Below are positions 25,824 to 34,209 of a stretch of DNA of 64,000 nt, piece after piece. Source of the DNA: an uncultured virus (IMG/VR IMGVR_UViG_3300032167_000116). Taxonomy: Duplodnaviria; Heunggongvirae; Uroviricota; Caudoviricetes. Made by a program: the position numbers and the translations under genes. Below the pieces are notes generated by a model. That model searched no databases, was not told the DNA's origin, and worked only from the letters and a program-made list of their open reading frames with translations. The stretch spans positions 1-64,000 of the IMG/VR virus record IMGVR_UViG_3300032167_000116. One strand, written 5' to 3'. Position 1 is the first letter of the stretch; the number at the start of each line of letters is the position of its first letter.

Positions 25824-26674
25824 GCACCCCCAAATTGTTCTTTTAATGCCTGCGCCCTTCTGCGGATTTCTTCATCATTCGCCGCTGTTTTTGGGGCTCC
25901 CAACAATGCCGCTTCCAAATCTCCTATATCTTCCGAAGGTCTTTCCGGGAAATTATTAAACTGATTCTTTTTGTTCATCCACGAAGGAACGATTTCTTTT
26001 CTGCCCGGTTTCTCTGCATCCTTACGCGCCCAATTCCGGATGGTTGCATAGTGGCTTTTATAACTCTTTCCGGTTGATGCCACATAGGAAGAAAGTCTTT
26101 CGATACGATCCGGAAGGTCCGGATATTCTGCTTTCAGCTTTTCCATTTCCTCATCGGTAAGAAGTACATTTTTGTATTCACCGTATTTATGCTTGACAGG
26201 TTTCTTTTTCGGGGCAGGTGGTTCCGGTTCGGCAGAATCCGGAATAATATCTACTAAACTATCTTTACCTATACTATCCTTACCTATCCTATCCTGTGGC
26301 AACCGTTCGGCAACCACTTGGCAACCATTTGGCAACCAAGTGTAAGCGCCGTTTTCTTTGATATCCAAATGCGCCAATTCCTCTTGAAATGCTGTTGGTG
26401 TATATCTGTCTTTTCTTAGCGCGTTTGCCATTCTCCAATGCTTTATAACAATTACACCGTTTTCGAATTGATAGATATATCTTTTCTCTAAAAGTGCCTG
26501 TAAGTCTTGCACGCTTGCATGCGCTTTGAACATGGATATTGATACTTGATTGCAAAATCCATCATCATCCGCACTCATTGACAAATGGAGATATAATGCC
26601 TGCGCCGATGAAGATAACGCCATGAAATTATCATCATCCGTAACCTTCTTTGTAAACATTCTACGCTCCGCCAT
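25820..26674 (-). CDS. Replisome organizer/replication initiator
   Basis: MAERRMF..SAQALYLHLSMSADDDGF motif; internal iterons. Confidence 0.85.
   Translation of the reverse strand: MAERRMFTKKVTDDDNFMALSSSAQALYLHLSMSADDDGFCNQVSISMFKAHASVQDLQALLEKRYIYQFENGVIVIKHWRMANALRKDRYTPTAFQEELAHLDIKENGAYTWLPNGCQVVAERLPQDRIGKDSIGKDSLVDIIPDSAEPEPPAPKKKPVKHKYGEYKNVLLTDEEMEKLKAEYPDLPDRIERLSSYVASTGKSYKSHYATIRNWARKDAEKPGRKEIVPSWMNKKNQFNNFPERPSEDIGDLEAALLGAPKTAANDEEIRRRAQALKEQFGGA
26298..26337. repeat. Putative origin iterons of phage 1
   Basis: GGCAACC at 26298, 26309, 26320 and 26331 (11-bp period) inside the initiator gene, next to CTATCC repeats. Confidence 0.75.
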
Positions 26675-27131
26675 CCTTCATTCTCCCTTCCTGCATTCTT
26701 CTTATGTACTCCGCCTGCACATACTGTCCGTAACTCATTCCGGCTTCCCTTGCCTTCCGCTGTACCTCGGCAAGTGTTTCAACCTTCTTCTGCTTCTTCC
26801 GCACTGGCTTCGGAATGGTGCCGTTCTTTATTGCTTCCCGGCGCGCTTGGTTGTTTTTCCTTAGCATGAGATTATGCCGTTTCTGCTTACATTCCGGACT
26901 GCAAGTATACTTTATTGATTTGTTTGTCATGAACACTTTTCCGCAGATTTCGCATTCGACATTATACTGTTTCTTTCCGATTTTGATTCGCTCCGCGTTC
27001 TGTTTGTTTCTTGCACCGCATCGGCAAGTTTCACTGCAATATTTTCTTCTTACTTCGTCATGGTTTTTTTCGTCAACCTCGAAAGGCTTTCCGCAAAATC
27101 CACACTCCTTAATCATTTTCCGGCTCCTCAC
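26661..27131 (-). CDS. Cys-rich protein with a GMSYG C-terminal motif
   Basis: CGFC..YCSETC, CEIC..TCSPEC, AGMSYGQY. Confidence 0.75.
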   Translation of the reverse strand: MRSRKMIKECGFCGKPFEVDEKNHDEVRRKYCSETCRCGARNKQNAERIKIGKKQYNVECEICGKVFMTNKSIKYTCSPECKQKRHNLMLRKNNQARREAIKNGTIPKPVRKKQKKVETLAEVQRKAREAGMSYGQYVQAEYIRRMQEGRMKDGGA

Positions 27132-27711
27132 TTTCCACCTTATGAAAATTCAAAAAATCATTGAATTTCAAAAGTGCCTTTTCCTGTGTTTTGTTCGGTT
27201 TCTCACTTTTCCGTGATACATTCAAATGTTTTTCAAATAGATTCGAAATCTCCCGGCTTGCGTTTTTGTACCCCTGCTTTAAACCCTCTCTATACCCCTT
27301 AGAAGGCTTGTATTCGTGAATCTGTGATTTCCCTTCCCCTTGTCCGCCTGCGGTCTTATTTAAAAGCTGATAACCGTTTAAAGCGTATTTCTGTATGTAG
27401 TGCTGTTCCTTTTCGTCAAGCTGTGATTCCGGGAAGTGCATTGCACAAACTTTCCAACCGCAGGGATTGCCTTCCGCAAACAATCCGCGCTTTTTCAGTG
27501 ACAAGTCGATATGCTGATATCCGACAAGATGCTGTGCAAGGCGTGTCAAAATATGCTTCGCCTGCCCGATATATGCGTACCGGATGCCGCTTTCGTCATT
27601 CCGAAGCAGGAAGTATATTCCGCTTCCTTCATCCAGTGCCGGATTGATCGCGCGCAATCTTTCCTTGTTCTTTTTCTCTATTGCCTTAACCCTTGCAATG
27701 TTGGGATTCAT
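27109..27711 (-). CDS. GIY-YIG nuclease family protein
   Basis: SGIYFL...AYIGQA..RLAQH, EQHYI, LLNKT; start taken at MNPN after RBS GAAAGGAG. Confidence 0.8.
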   Translation of the reverse strand: MNPNIARVKAIEKKNKERLRAINPALDEGSGIYFLLRNDESGIRYAYIGQAKHILTRLAQHLVGYQHIDLSLKKRGLFAEGNPCGWKVCAMHFPESQLDEKEQHYIQKYALNGYQLLNKTAGGQGEGKSQIHEYKPSKGYREGLKQGYKNASREISNLFEKHLNVSRKSEKPNKTQEKALLKFNDFLNFHKVESEEPEND

Positions 27712-27859
27712 GTTTTCTCCTTTCTCTCCCCACGGTTGACAGCCGTAGGGAGATTTGAATAGTTTTGTAGAACCAAATGCACCGGATGTGATATGCAAAA
27801 TCAGAAGTGGTGCATATTCCAAACAGCTTGCAGACGGTTTGTATCAAGCTGTTGTGGGC

Positions 27860-28147
27860 TTATAAATACGATTTCCCAAACTCACGGATGAAATCTTCCC
27901 TCGTTCCGTAGTGTTCTTCATAATAGGCTTGTGCCTTTGTTTTTAGTGCCAAATCAACGCCTTTTGCATCCTTCCCGGCAAATACTCCGTTTGGGTGCAA
28001 ATCCGGTCTTAATGGGGCAATAAAGCCGTATTTCTCACATTTCTTTCTGTTGCTTCCACCAAAAATGTGATGCCGTTCCACCGGGGCGCTCCCGGTAAAC
28101 ATGCAATGGTCCATATCATCGGTAAATACACTATGTAATCTTTTCAT
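27860..28147 (-). CDS. HNH-like small nuclease/recombination protein
   Basis: ERHHIFGGSNRK...FIREFGKSYL motif. Confidence 0.6.
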   Translation of the reverse strand: MKRLHSVFTDDMDHCMFTGSAPVERHHIFGGSNRKKCEKYGFIAPLRPDLHPNGVFAGKDAKGVDLALKTKAQAYYEEHYGTREDFIREFGKSYL

Positions 28148-28593
28148 TGTTCGCCCTTTCTAAGAATGCGAACCCATCTTGTTTTAAATTCACTTGGTAT
28201 CTCTTGCCCTCTGTTTCGTTTTCCGGTCCAGTGTGTTCCGCCTGCTTTCCCTTCGCATATAAAGCCACTTGCCTTCAAACTTGCGCCATTCTCGCTTTCG
28301 AGAATATATGTAATGATTTTCGTGTAACCCATTTCTTTTGCAACCCTGCAACAAGCCCCATACAGCATAGAACAGGCATTATATGTTCCGTCCGTGCATA
28401 GTCTGTTAATCTCGCAAGTGATTCCATTATCAAAGTGCCTTGATACAGGTCTGCCGCACACAGCGCAACCAACTAATTTTTCTTCTTTATACAGCCCTAA
28501 TGAAAACTTGCATCCAACCGTTGCTTTATGGTGTCTATGGTGCTTATTGATAAAATCGCACGCTTCTCTAAATGTAATTGGTCTAATTTCCAT
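28144..28593 (-). CDS. XF1762-family (Mom/GNAT-like) protein
   Basis: HHRHH, GRPVSR, EINRLCTDGT.NACSMLY and ITYILESENGASL motifs. Confidence 0.75.
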   Translation of the reverse strand: MEIRPITFREACDFINKHHRHHKATVGCKFSLGLYKEEKLVGCAVCGRPVSRHFDNGITCEINRLCTDGTYNACSMLYGACCRVAKEMGYTKIITYILESENGASLKASGFICEGKAGGTHWTGKRNRGQEIPSEFKTRWVRILRKGEQ

Positions 28594-29131
28594 TGCTCAT
28601 TTTCTCCCATTGTTCCAACGCCCGGCGCATATCCTCGGATGCAGGCGTTTCAAGTTTCATTTCCTGCATTTCGGAAATCACGCCATCAAGAAGGCGGCTG
28701 AACTCCTTTGTATCGTATGTACTGCTTCCGAAATAGCAAAGCATCTGAACCGCTTTCTGTCCGTTTATGTTCACTTCCCCGATCACTTCGCATTCGCGCC
28801 ATTGCGCCTTTACCGCATCAACAACATTCGGTTTCACGCAAATATGCGTATACTTCCCATACCGTTTAAGCATCCGCAGGTATATTTCCCATTTGTCCGT
28901 GGGTGTTTCCATTGCATCCGCAATCTTTCCAAGGCATACCCACAATAAAGCGTTTGCATCCAAGGACCGCTTCGCCCGGTGCTTCACAGCGCGGATACTC
29001 AACCGTTCACATGATTGGATATCATTTGCCGCTTGGATTGCAGAATGCTCGTTCACCGTGAAGGTGATTTGGAACTTGTCTGTTTGCCAGTTCTTCGTGA
29101 TGCCGACTAATTTTCCGGTAAACTCCATCAC
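28583..29131 (-). CDS. NinB-like recombination-associated protein
   Basis: KRSLDANALLW and GSSTYDTKEFSRLLD motifs. Confidence 0.7.
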   Translation of the reverse strand: MMEFTGKLVGITKNWQTDKFQITFTVNEHSAIQAANDIQSCERLSIRAVKHRAKRSLDANALLWVCLGKIADAMETPTDKWEIYLRMLKRYGKYTHICVKPNVVDAVKAQWRECEVIGEVNINGQKAVQMLCYFGSSTYDTKEFSRLLDGVISEMQEMKLETPASEDMRRALEQWEKMSNGN

Positions 29132-29652
29132 GCATCCTTCTTCCTGTTATCCATCAAAAACACCCTTTTCCCTTTGGATGTGTTCTTGATAGACAGTGCA
29201 ACAATGTTCCTGCTTTCGTCATAAAGAATCTGCTCCACCGCGAATTTGTCGTAGCACTGGTACTTGCCGCTTCCGCCCTGTTTGATATCCGCGTTTTCGG
29301 CAGAAATCCATATAAACGGTGCGGAATACAATTCACGCCCGATGCCCCAATTAAAGCAGGCACGCTTGAAGGAATCGGATGCAAGCCCCTTTTCAGCTTC
29401 GGTGAAAGATTCCTTTCCGGTATCTTCCTTCTCTATCCACTGCCGCTTATCTTCATCCCAAAGGGCAACGGTGCAGTTTGCATTGTCGCGGCTGTGGTGC
29501 CGTTGCCAGTTCATAGGACCGACTGTTTCATCAAGAATGTTCTGATCTACTCGCGCATCCTTATACAAAAGAAGTGATAAGCCCTTCTGATTGATGGTTG
29601 CCACCCGGCAATCAATCTCGTTTGCATTCAGTGTTCTAAACTTCAAATCCAT
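29128..29652 (-). CDS. Rad52/Sak-like single-strand annealing protein
   Basis: LDETVGPMNWQ and EKGLASDSFKRACFNWGIGRELY motifs. Confidence 0.8.
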   Translation of the reverse strand: MDLKFRTLNANEIDCRVATINQKGLSLLLYKDARVDQNILDETVGPMNWQRHHSRDNANCTVALWDEDKRQWIEKEDTGKESFTEAEKGLASDSFKRACFNWGIGRELYSAPFIWISAENADIKQGGSGKYQCYDKFAVEQILYDESRNIVALSIKNTSKGKRVFLMDNRKKDA

Positions 29653-29665
29653 AATGCCGCCCCCT

Positions 29666-30127
29666 TTACTTAATCTGAATGTTGTAATTCTCGACAATCT
29701 CCGCGCCCTCAATAGCTGCGCCATCCTTGATTGCCTTCTTCAATGCCGCCTTATCCACGGACGGTTCTTGATACTTCAAGAAATCTTCCGGGATTCTATA
29801 TACATCTGAAATTTCCAAAGATTCTGACTTTCTAAAAGAAACCTTTACCTTCGCACTCTCGAATGCCGTTCCGTCAAGATATCCGGAGATATACCGCTTC
29901 AAACTCTCCATCTTGTTTTCCGCCGCCTTCTGCCGCTGTGCAAAGGCATCCTTTTCCGCCTTTAACGCTTCCGCTTCGGCTTTAAGGTTCTTTATCCAAA
30001 GGCAGATATTCTCGATCTTCGCTTCCCTTGTCAATTCCAGTTCCTCGAAGCGGTCCACATCGAATACCTCTCCGGTTTCTACATCCACGCAATCAAGGAT
30101 TGCCGCATCAATCTCAAATAAATTCAT
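29666..30127 (-). CDS. Siphovirus Gp157-family protein
   Basis: KIENI..WIKNL, IPEDFL..PSVDKAALKKAIKDG..IEGA. Confidence 0.85.
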   Translation of the reverse strand: MNLFEIDAAILDCVDVETGEVFDVDRFEELELTREAKIENICLWIKNLKAEAEALKAEKDAFAQRQKAAENKMESLKRYISGYLDGTAFESAKVKVSFRKSESLEISDVYRIPEDFLKYQEPSVDKAALKKAIKDGAAIEGAEIVENYNIQIK

Positions 30128-30333
30128 TATTCCTCACCTGCCTTTTCCTGCTCCTTCGGTTCTTCCTCAACACCAAGGACCAAAAGCAAATCACCCTTGC
30201 CAACATAACTTGAATTTGCAACCAAATTCTTCACTACCGACAATCTTTCACTGTCGCGCACCAACTGCTCATATTCATACACCGGGACCAATACGCCCTC
30301 ACCATTACTAATTGTCATTGTTGTTCCTGCCAT
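30127..30333 (-). CDS. Hypothetical protein
   Basis: RBS AAGGAG; coupled to Gp157. Confidence 0.6.
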   Translation of the reverse strand: MAGTTMTISNGEGVLVPVYEYEQLVRDSERLSVVKNLVANSSYVGKGDLLLVLGVEEEPKEQEKAGEE

Positions 30334-30460
30334 TTCTCATACACTCCTTATCTCTTTTTTTAATCTTCCTTTTTGTTGTCCTTGGTTAAAATACAAAGCG
30401 CAACCAAGGTGATACATATAATCGCCGTAATCTGTACCGGAACCGCCATCACTTCACCCC

Positions 30461-30697
30461 CTATCCTGCCTTTTCCGGCGTTGAAATCAGCGTGTACACG
30501 GCAACCGATGCCGCGTTTTCATATCTGTTTTTTACCGTGATTCTTTTGGTTTCGATTTCATACCCCTTCTTTCGGTAATTGAAAATCCTTGCCGACAACC
30601 GGGTGCATCCGTATTTCTGAATTGCTTCGATGCTCGTTATGCTTCCATGTTTGATAAGATGTGCAAGCACATCCCCGGTCTGTGTTTGTTTGCTCAT
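30461..30697 (-). CDS. Winged-helix DNA-binding protein
   Basis: HGSITSIEA..YGCTRLSARI motif. Confidence 0.75.
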   Translation of the reverse strand: MSKQTQTGDVLAHLIKHGSITSIEAIQKYGCTRLSARIFNYRKKGYEIETKRITVKNRYENAASVAVYTLISTPEKAG

Positions 30698-30814
30698 CGT
30701 CTGCTCCTTTCTCCGTAACGCTTGGCTGCTTTTGCGGTAAATAGTCAAAAATGCTCATTTGCCCATCGCATCGGTAATTGTCGGGAATCATTCCTTATAT
30801 ACTCCTTTCATGCC

Positions 30815-31024
30815 CTATCGCATCAAATCATCCGTATACTTCCGGAATTGTTCCATACATTCTTCGCAGATAATCTCATCATTTACCACGAAGCAGGTTT
30901 CCGCCTGTATGTGTTCGCCACATTCGCTGCATACCGGAAGCAGGTGCAATGCCGCTTCCTGCTCCGCATCGTGTCGCTCCCATTCGCTGTAATTGTCCGG
31001 GATTCCCATTAAAAGCACCCCCAC
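30815..31024 (-). CDS. Small Zn-finger protein
   Basis: PVCSECGEHI...ICEEC. Confidence 0.65.
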   Translation of the reverse strand: MGVLLMGIPDNYSEWERHDAEQEAALHLLPVCSECGEHIQAETCFVVNDEIICEECMEQFRKYTDDLMR

Positions 31025-31298
31025 TCCGCCGGGATGAATATTTCCTCTCCTTTAACCTCAATATTCGCCCCGGTGATTTCTCCGTTCTCGATTAAAAACT
31101 CATAACCGAAAACCTCATTCTTTCTTACTGCTTCCGCAAGTGTCATTTCCTTTCCCATCTTTGCACTCCTTTCTTGCATTCCTTGCAATGTCAATAAGTC
31201 TTTCTGTAATCTCTCGCGGCACCGTCACTCCGCTAATGTCTTTCGTGATTGTTCCATCCTTTAAGTGGTGATAAACCATGCCGCCTGCTCCTTCCTTA

Positions 31299-31665
31299 TT
31301 CGCTTTAAATCCGCTTAAAGCGAATTGCTAGGTAAAAAAATAATGTTATCGTATGCGATATTGTACAAATCGCAAATAGCATCAATCTTATCAACCTTCG
31401 GCATTGATGCTCCGCTTTCCCAATTACAAAGCGTTTTATTGCTTACATTGATTCTCTTTGCCGCTTCCTTTTGTGTAAGTCCTGCGTTTACCCTTGCGGC
31501 TTTCAGTGTAATTTTCGGCATACTATGATGCACCCCCTTTCGTTTTTCGCTTTAAGCGAATTTCCAAGAATGATAATACTATATTAAAATAATTTTGTCA
31601 ACACTTTTAGCGAATTTTTTTCAAAAAATAATTTACTTTAGGGCGAATTTGGTGTAATATATAAT
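31299..31665. promoter_or_regulatory. Lysis/lysogeny switch: divergent promoters and palindromic operators (consensus TTCGCTTWAAGCGAA)
   Basis: Operators at 31546-31560, 31310-31324, 31600-31614 and 31633-31647. Leftward TTGACA-17-TATTAT (31601-31573); rightward TTTACT (31632) with a TAATAT/TATAAT -10. Confidence 0.75.
31315..31533 (-). CDS. Cro-like XRE regulator
   Basis: LKAARVNAGLTQKEAA..WESG HTH; divergent from cI. Confidence 0.88.
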   Translation of the reverse strand: MHHSMPKITLKAARVNAGLTQKEAAKRINVSNKTLCNWESGASMPKVDKIDAICDLYNIAYDNIIFLPSNSL

Positions 31666-31691
31666 TACCCACAAAAGAAGGGAGTGATTAT

Positions 31692-32072
31692 ATGAGTAAC
31701 ATAGGAAATAAAGAAACAATGGCAAAGAACCTCGCGTATTATGTGAGGATATCGGGAAAGACACAAAAGGAAGTGGCGGAAGTGGCAGGTGTTGCGGCAT
31801 CCACTTTCAACGATTGGATCAAAGCGAAGAAATATCCCCGGATAGATAAGATAGAAATACTTGCAAACTATTTCGGGATATTAAAATCGGATTTGATAGA
31901 AGAAAAAAGCGAAGAACATAAAAAAATGCAGGCAGAAAACAATGCCCTTGCGGATATCGTGGTTCGCCTGCGGATGGATTCGGATTTTATGTCTGTTGTG
32001 GAAGATTTGCATTCATTGGATGAAACGAAGTTCGCCGCAGTCCGGCAAATGCTATCAGCTTTTTTGAAGTAA
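31692..32072 (+). CDS. CI-like XRE repressor without an S24 peptidase domain
   Basis: KTQKEVA..STFNDW..YPRIDKIEILANYFG HTH; only 126 aa. Confidence 0.88.
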   Translation: MSNIGNKETMAKNLAYYVRISGKTQKEVAEVAGVAASTFNDWIKAKKYPRIDKIEILANYFGILKSDLIEEKSEEHKKMQAENNALADIVVRLRMDSDFMSVVEDLHSLDETKFAAVRQMLSAFLK

Positions 32073-32153
32073 TTTGAGGATTAAATCAAGAAGCGGAATG
32101 TCGTTGCACCTTTCAAGTAATTCAACAATTTTTTGTATGTATTCTTCTTTCAT
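32055..32153 (-). CDS. 32-aa peptide convergent with cI; candidate SOS-induced antirepressor
   Basis: MKEEYIQKIVELLERCNDIPLLDLILKLLQKS, with RBS AAAGGAG, its own promoter and a LexA-type box. Confidence 0.65.
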   Translation of the reverse strand: MKEEYIQKIVELLERCNDIPLLDLILKLLQKS

Positions 32154-32177
32154 GGCAGGCTCCTTTCGCCGGGGACG

Positions 32178-32234
32178 GAACGAATGTTCTGAAATCATCA
32201 AAAACATTATATTCACAAAATATTTAAAAGTAAA
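32178..32234 (-). promoter_or_regulatory. SigA promoter plus Firmicutes SOS (LexA/DinR) box
   Basis: TTTACT(32234-32229)-17-TATAAT(32211-32206); GAAC-GAAT-GTTC at 32178-32189. Confidence 0.7.
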
Positions 32235-32302
32235 TGGAAATAATTCACAGTAAAAATGTATGCACCATAGAACCATATTAGAACATAAGGGAGAAAAAAA
32301 TC

Positions 32303-33736
32303 ATGCAGAAAAAAAGAGTATTTATATATGTGCGTGTATCAACGCTTTTGCAAGTCGAAGAAGGCTACTCCATACCGCAACAAGTGGATCGGTTACAAAA
32401 ATACTGTGAAGCTATGGGATATGAAGTTATCAAAGTATATATTGAAGATGGGCATTCCGGCGGAACTATGGACCGTCCGGCATTAAAACAAATGCTTAAA
32501 GAAATCGCAAAACTGCACCCGGATATGATTCTTGTTGATAAATTGGACCGACTTTCCCGAAGCCAATTTGACACCCTATATATGATTCAAAAGATTTTCG
32601 AACCGCAGAATGTGGCTTTTGTTTCAAGGGCAGAATCATTCGATACATCAAGCGCATTCGGAAAAGCTATGGTGGGCATCCTCGCAGTTTTTGCGGAATT
32701 AGAACGCTCCCGAATCAAGGAAAGAATGATTGACGGTAAAGAAGGGCGCGCCAAGGAAGGTAAATACAAAGGCGGCGGAAATGTGCCTATCGGCTTCCGG
32801 TACGATAAGGAAACGGAAGAACTCATAATAAACGAATACGAAGCGGAACAGGTAAAGGAAGTTTATAATCTATTCCTGCGCCGCACCCCGGTAAACTCAA
32901 TCGCAAAGATTATGAACGATAAAGGATATCGCACCAAGTACGGAGAATGGCAAGGACAAACAATCCGGGAATTGATTCTGAATCCTATATACATCGGAAA
33001 GATAGTCCACAAGGGCAAAGTATACGAAGGCTTGCACGATGGATTTATTGACGAAAAGACTTATGAACGCGCCGTGGCTCTTATGGCAGAACGCGACAAG
33101 GAAAACGAGAAGTACAAACCGGGGAAACGGTACAAAACGCCCATCGGCGGCATGATATGGTGCGGATGCTGTACGGCAAAATACCATTGGAGAACAAACG
33201 GAAGGGATAAATGGGGAAAGAAACGCGGATATTATATTTGTTATAGCAGGTCTAAAAGCGATCCGAAATTAGTGAAAAATCCGAATTGCAAAAATAAGAC
33301 TTACCGCGATTATGAACTTGAAGAAATCATTTTCGGAGAAATCCGCCGTTTGAAATCGGAACCTGCATACATCGAAGAACTTCGGGAAAGTGTCGATACA
33401 TCCGCGAAGCAAAAGATGCTTCGGAAGCGTATTGAACAAATCGAAAGCCAAGTTTCTAAATTGATGGACTTGTACACGATGGATGGAATTGATTTATCCG
33501 TGGTAAAAGCGAAAATGAATCCGCTGAACGATGAAAAGCGGTCCTTGGAAGCTGAACTGGAAAACCTCGAAGAAATCGCACCGACAATCACAAAGGAAGA
33601 AATCGTTTCGGTTGTTGATGCTTTCGAAAGTGTGGTAGAATCGGGTGACTGCTACGCGACACACACGGCAATATCTGAACTGATAGACCACATCGTTATT
33701 GATGGGGAAGATATACAAATACACTGGCGTTTCTAA
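32303..33736 (+). CDS. Large serine recombinase (integrase)
   Basis: YVRVST catalytic motif, DRPAL, KLDRLSRS, recombinase domain, CGCC/C..C Zn ribbon and coiled coil. Confidence 0.95.
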   Translation: MQKKRVFIYVRVSTLLQVEEGYSIPQQVDRLQKYCEAMGYEVIKVYIEDGHSGGTMDRPALKQMLKEIAKLHPDMILVDKLDRLSRSQFDTLYMIQKIFEPQNVAFVSRAESFDTSSAFGKAMVGILAVFAELERSRIKERMIDGKEGRAKEGKYKGGGNVPIGFRYDKETEELIINEYEAEQVKEVYNLFLRRTPVNSIAKIMNDKGYRTKYGEWQGQTIRELILNPIYIGKIVHKGKVYEGLHDGFIDEKTYERAVALMAERDKENEKYKPGKRYKTPIGGMIWCGCCTAKYHWRTNGRDKWGKKRGYYICYSRSKSDPKLVKNPNCKNKTYRDYELEEIIFGEIRRLKSEPAYIEELRESVDTSAKQKMLRKRIEQIESQVSKLMDLYTMDGIDLSVVKAKMNPLNDEKRSLEAELENLEEIAPTITKEEIVSVVDAFESVVESGDCYATHTAISELIDHIVIDGEDIQIHWRF

Positions 33737-33778
33737 GGCTATAAAGCCCTAGAACACCGCCAGTATTTAAAAATCGCA

Positions 33779-33832
33779 TTATGTGCAAGTTTGTATGTTT
33801 GGCTTTATCCATCCATATAAACTTGCATCTAA
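33779..33832. other. Putative intact attP
   Basis: TGCAAGTTTGTATG (33784-33797) and CATATAAACTTGCA (33814-33827) form a 13/14 inverted repeat, symmetric about TT at 33805-33806, just downstream of the integrase. Confidence 0.65.
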
Positions 33833-33858
33833 AATACAATACAAAGGATGGATGCAAG

Positions 33859-34179
33859 ATGCAAAGAACAATTCGTAATGGAATCACGATTATTTCCACA
33901 GGACAAACAGAAGGAATCACGCCTTTTAACAAGCATGGTGAATACGGCATATCATGGTATGAAAAATCGAAAAGCTACAAAGTGGATATGCAGTACAAAT
34001 ACCACAAGTTTTCCATCGGCTCCTTCAAGGATTTAGAAACCGCAAAGAAGGCGCGGCGCGTTGCACAATTCAAAGTCGAAGAAGGCATCTTCCCGGAATG
34101 GCATAAATCAAAGCCGCATGGACGGTCATTCGCATTCATGCCGTTTTGGGAAGCCGAATTTGAAAAGTATAATTTATGA
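33859..34179 (+). CDS. AP2-like DNA-binding domain protein
   Basis: GISWYEKSKSYKV...IGSFKDLETAKKAR motif; start taken at MQRT. Confidence 0.6.
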   Translation: MQRTIRNGITIISTGQTEGITPFNKHGEYGISWYEKSKSYKVDMQYKYHKFSIGSFKDLETAKKARRVAQFKVEEGIFPEWHKSKPHGRSFAFMPFWEAEFEKYNL

Positions 34180-34180
34180 T

Positions 34181-34204
34181 GGGCGGAGAAATCCGCCCTT
34201 TTGT
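34181..34204 (+). terminator. Rho-independent terminator between convergent genes
   Basis: GGGCGGA-GAAA-TCCGCCC-TTTTGT. Confidence 0.8.
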
Positions 34205-34209
34205 CTGTC

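Noticed and set aside
26260..26340. CRISPR-like or mini-array repeats
   Set aside because: The units are 7-11 bp without unique spacers and lie inside the initiator gene, so they are better explained as iterons. No cas genes are present.
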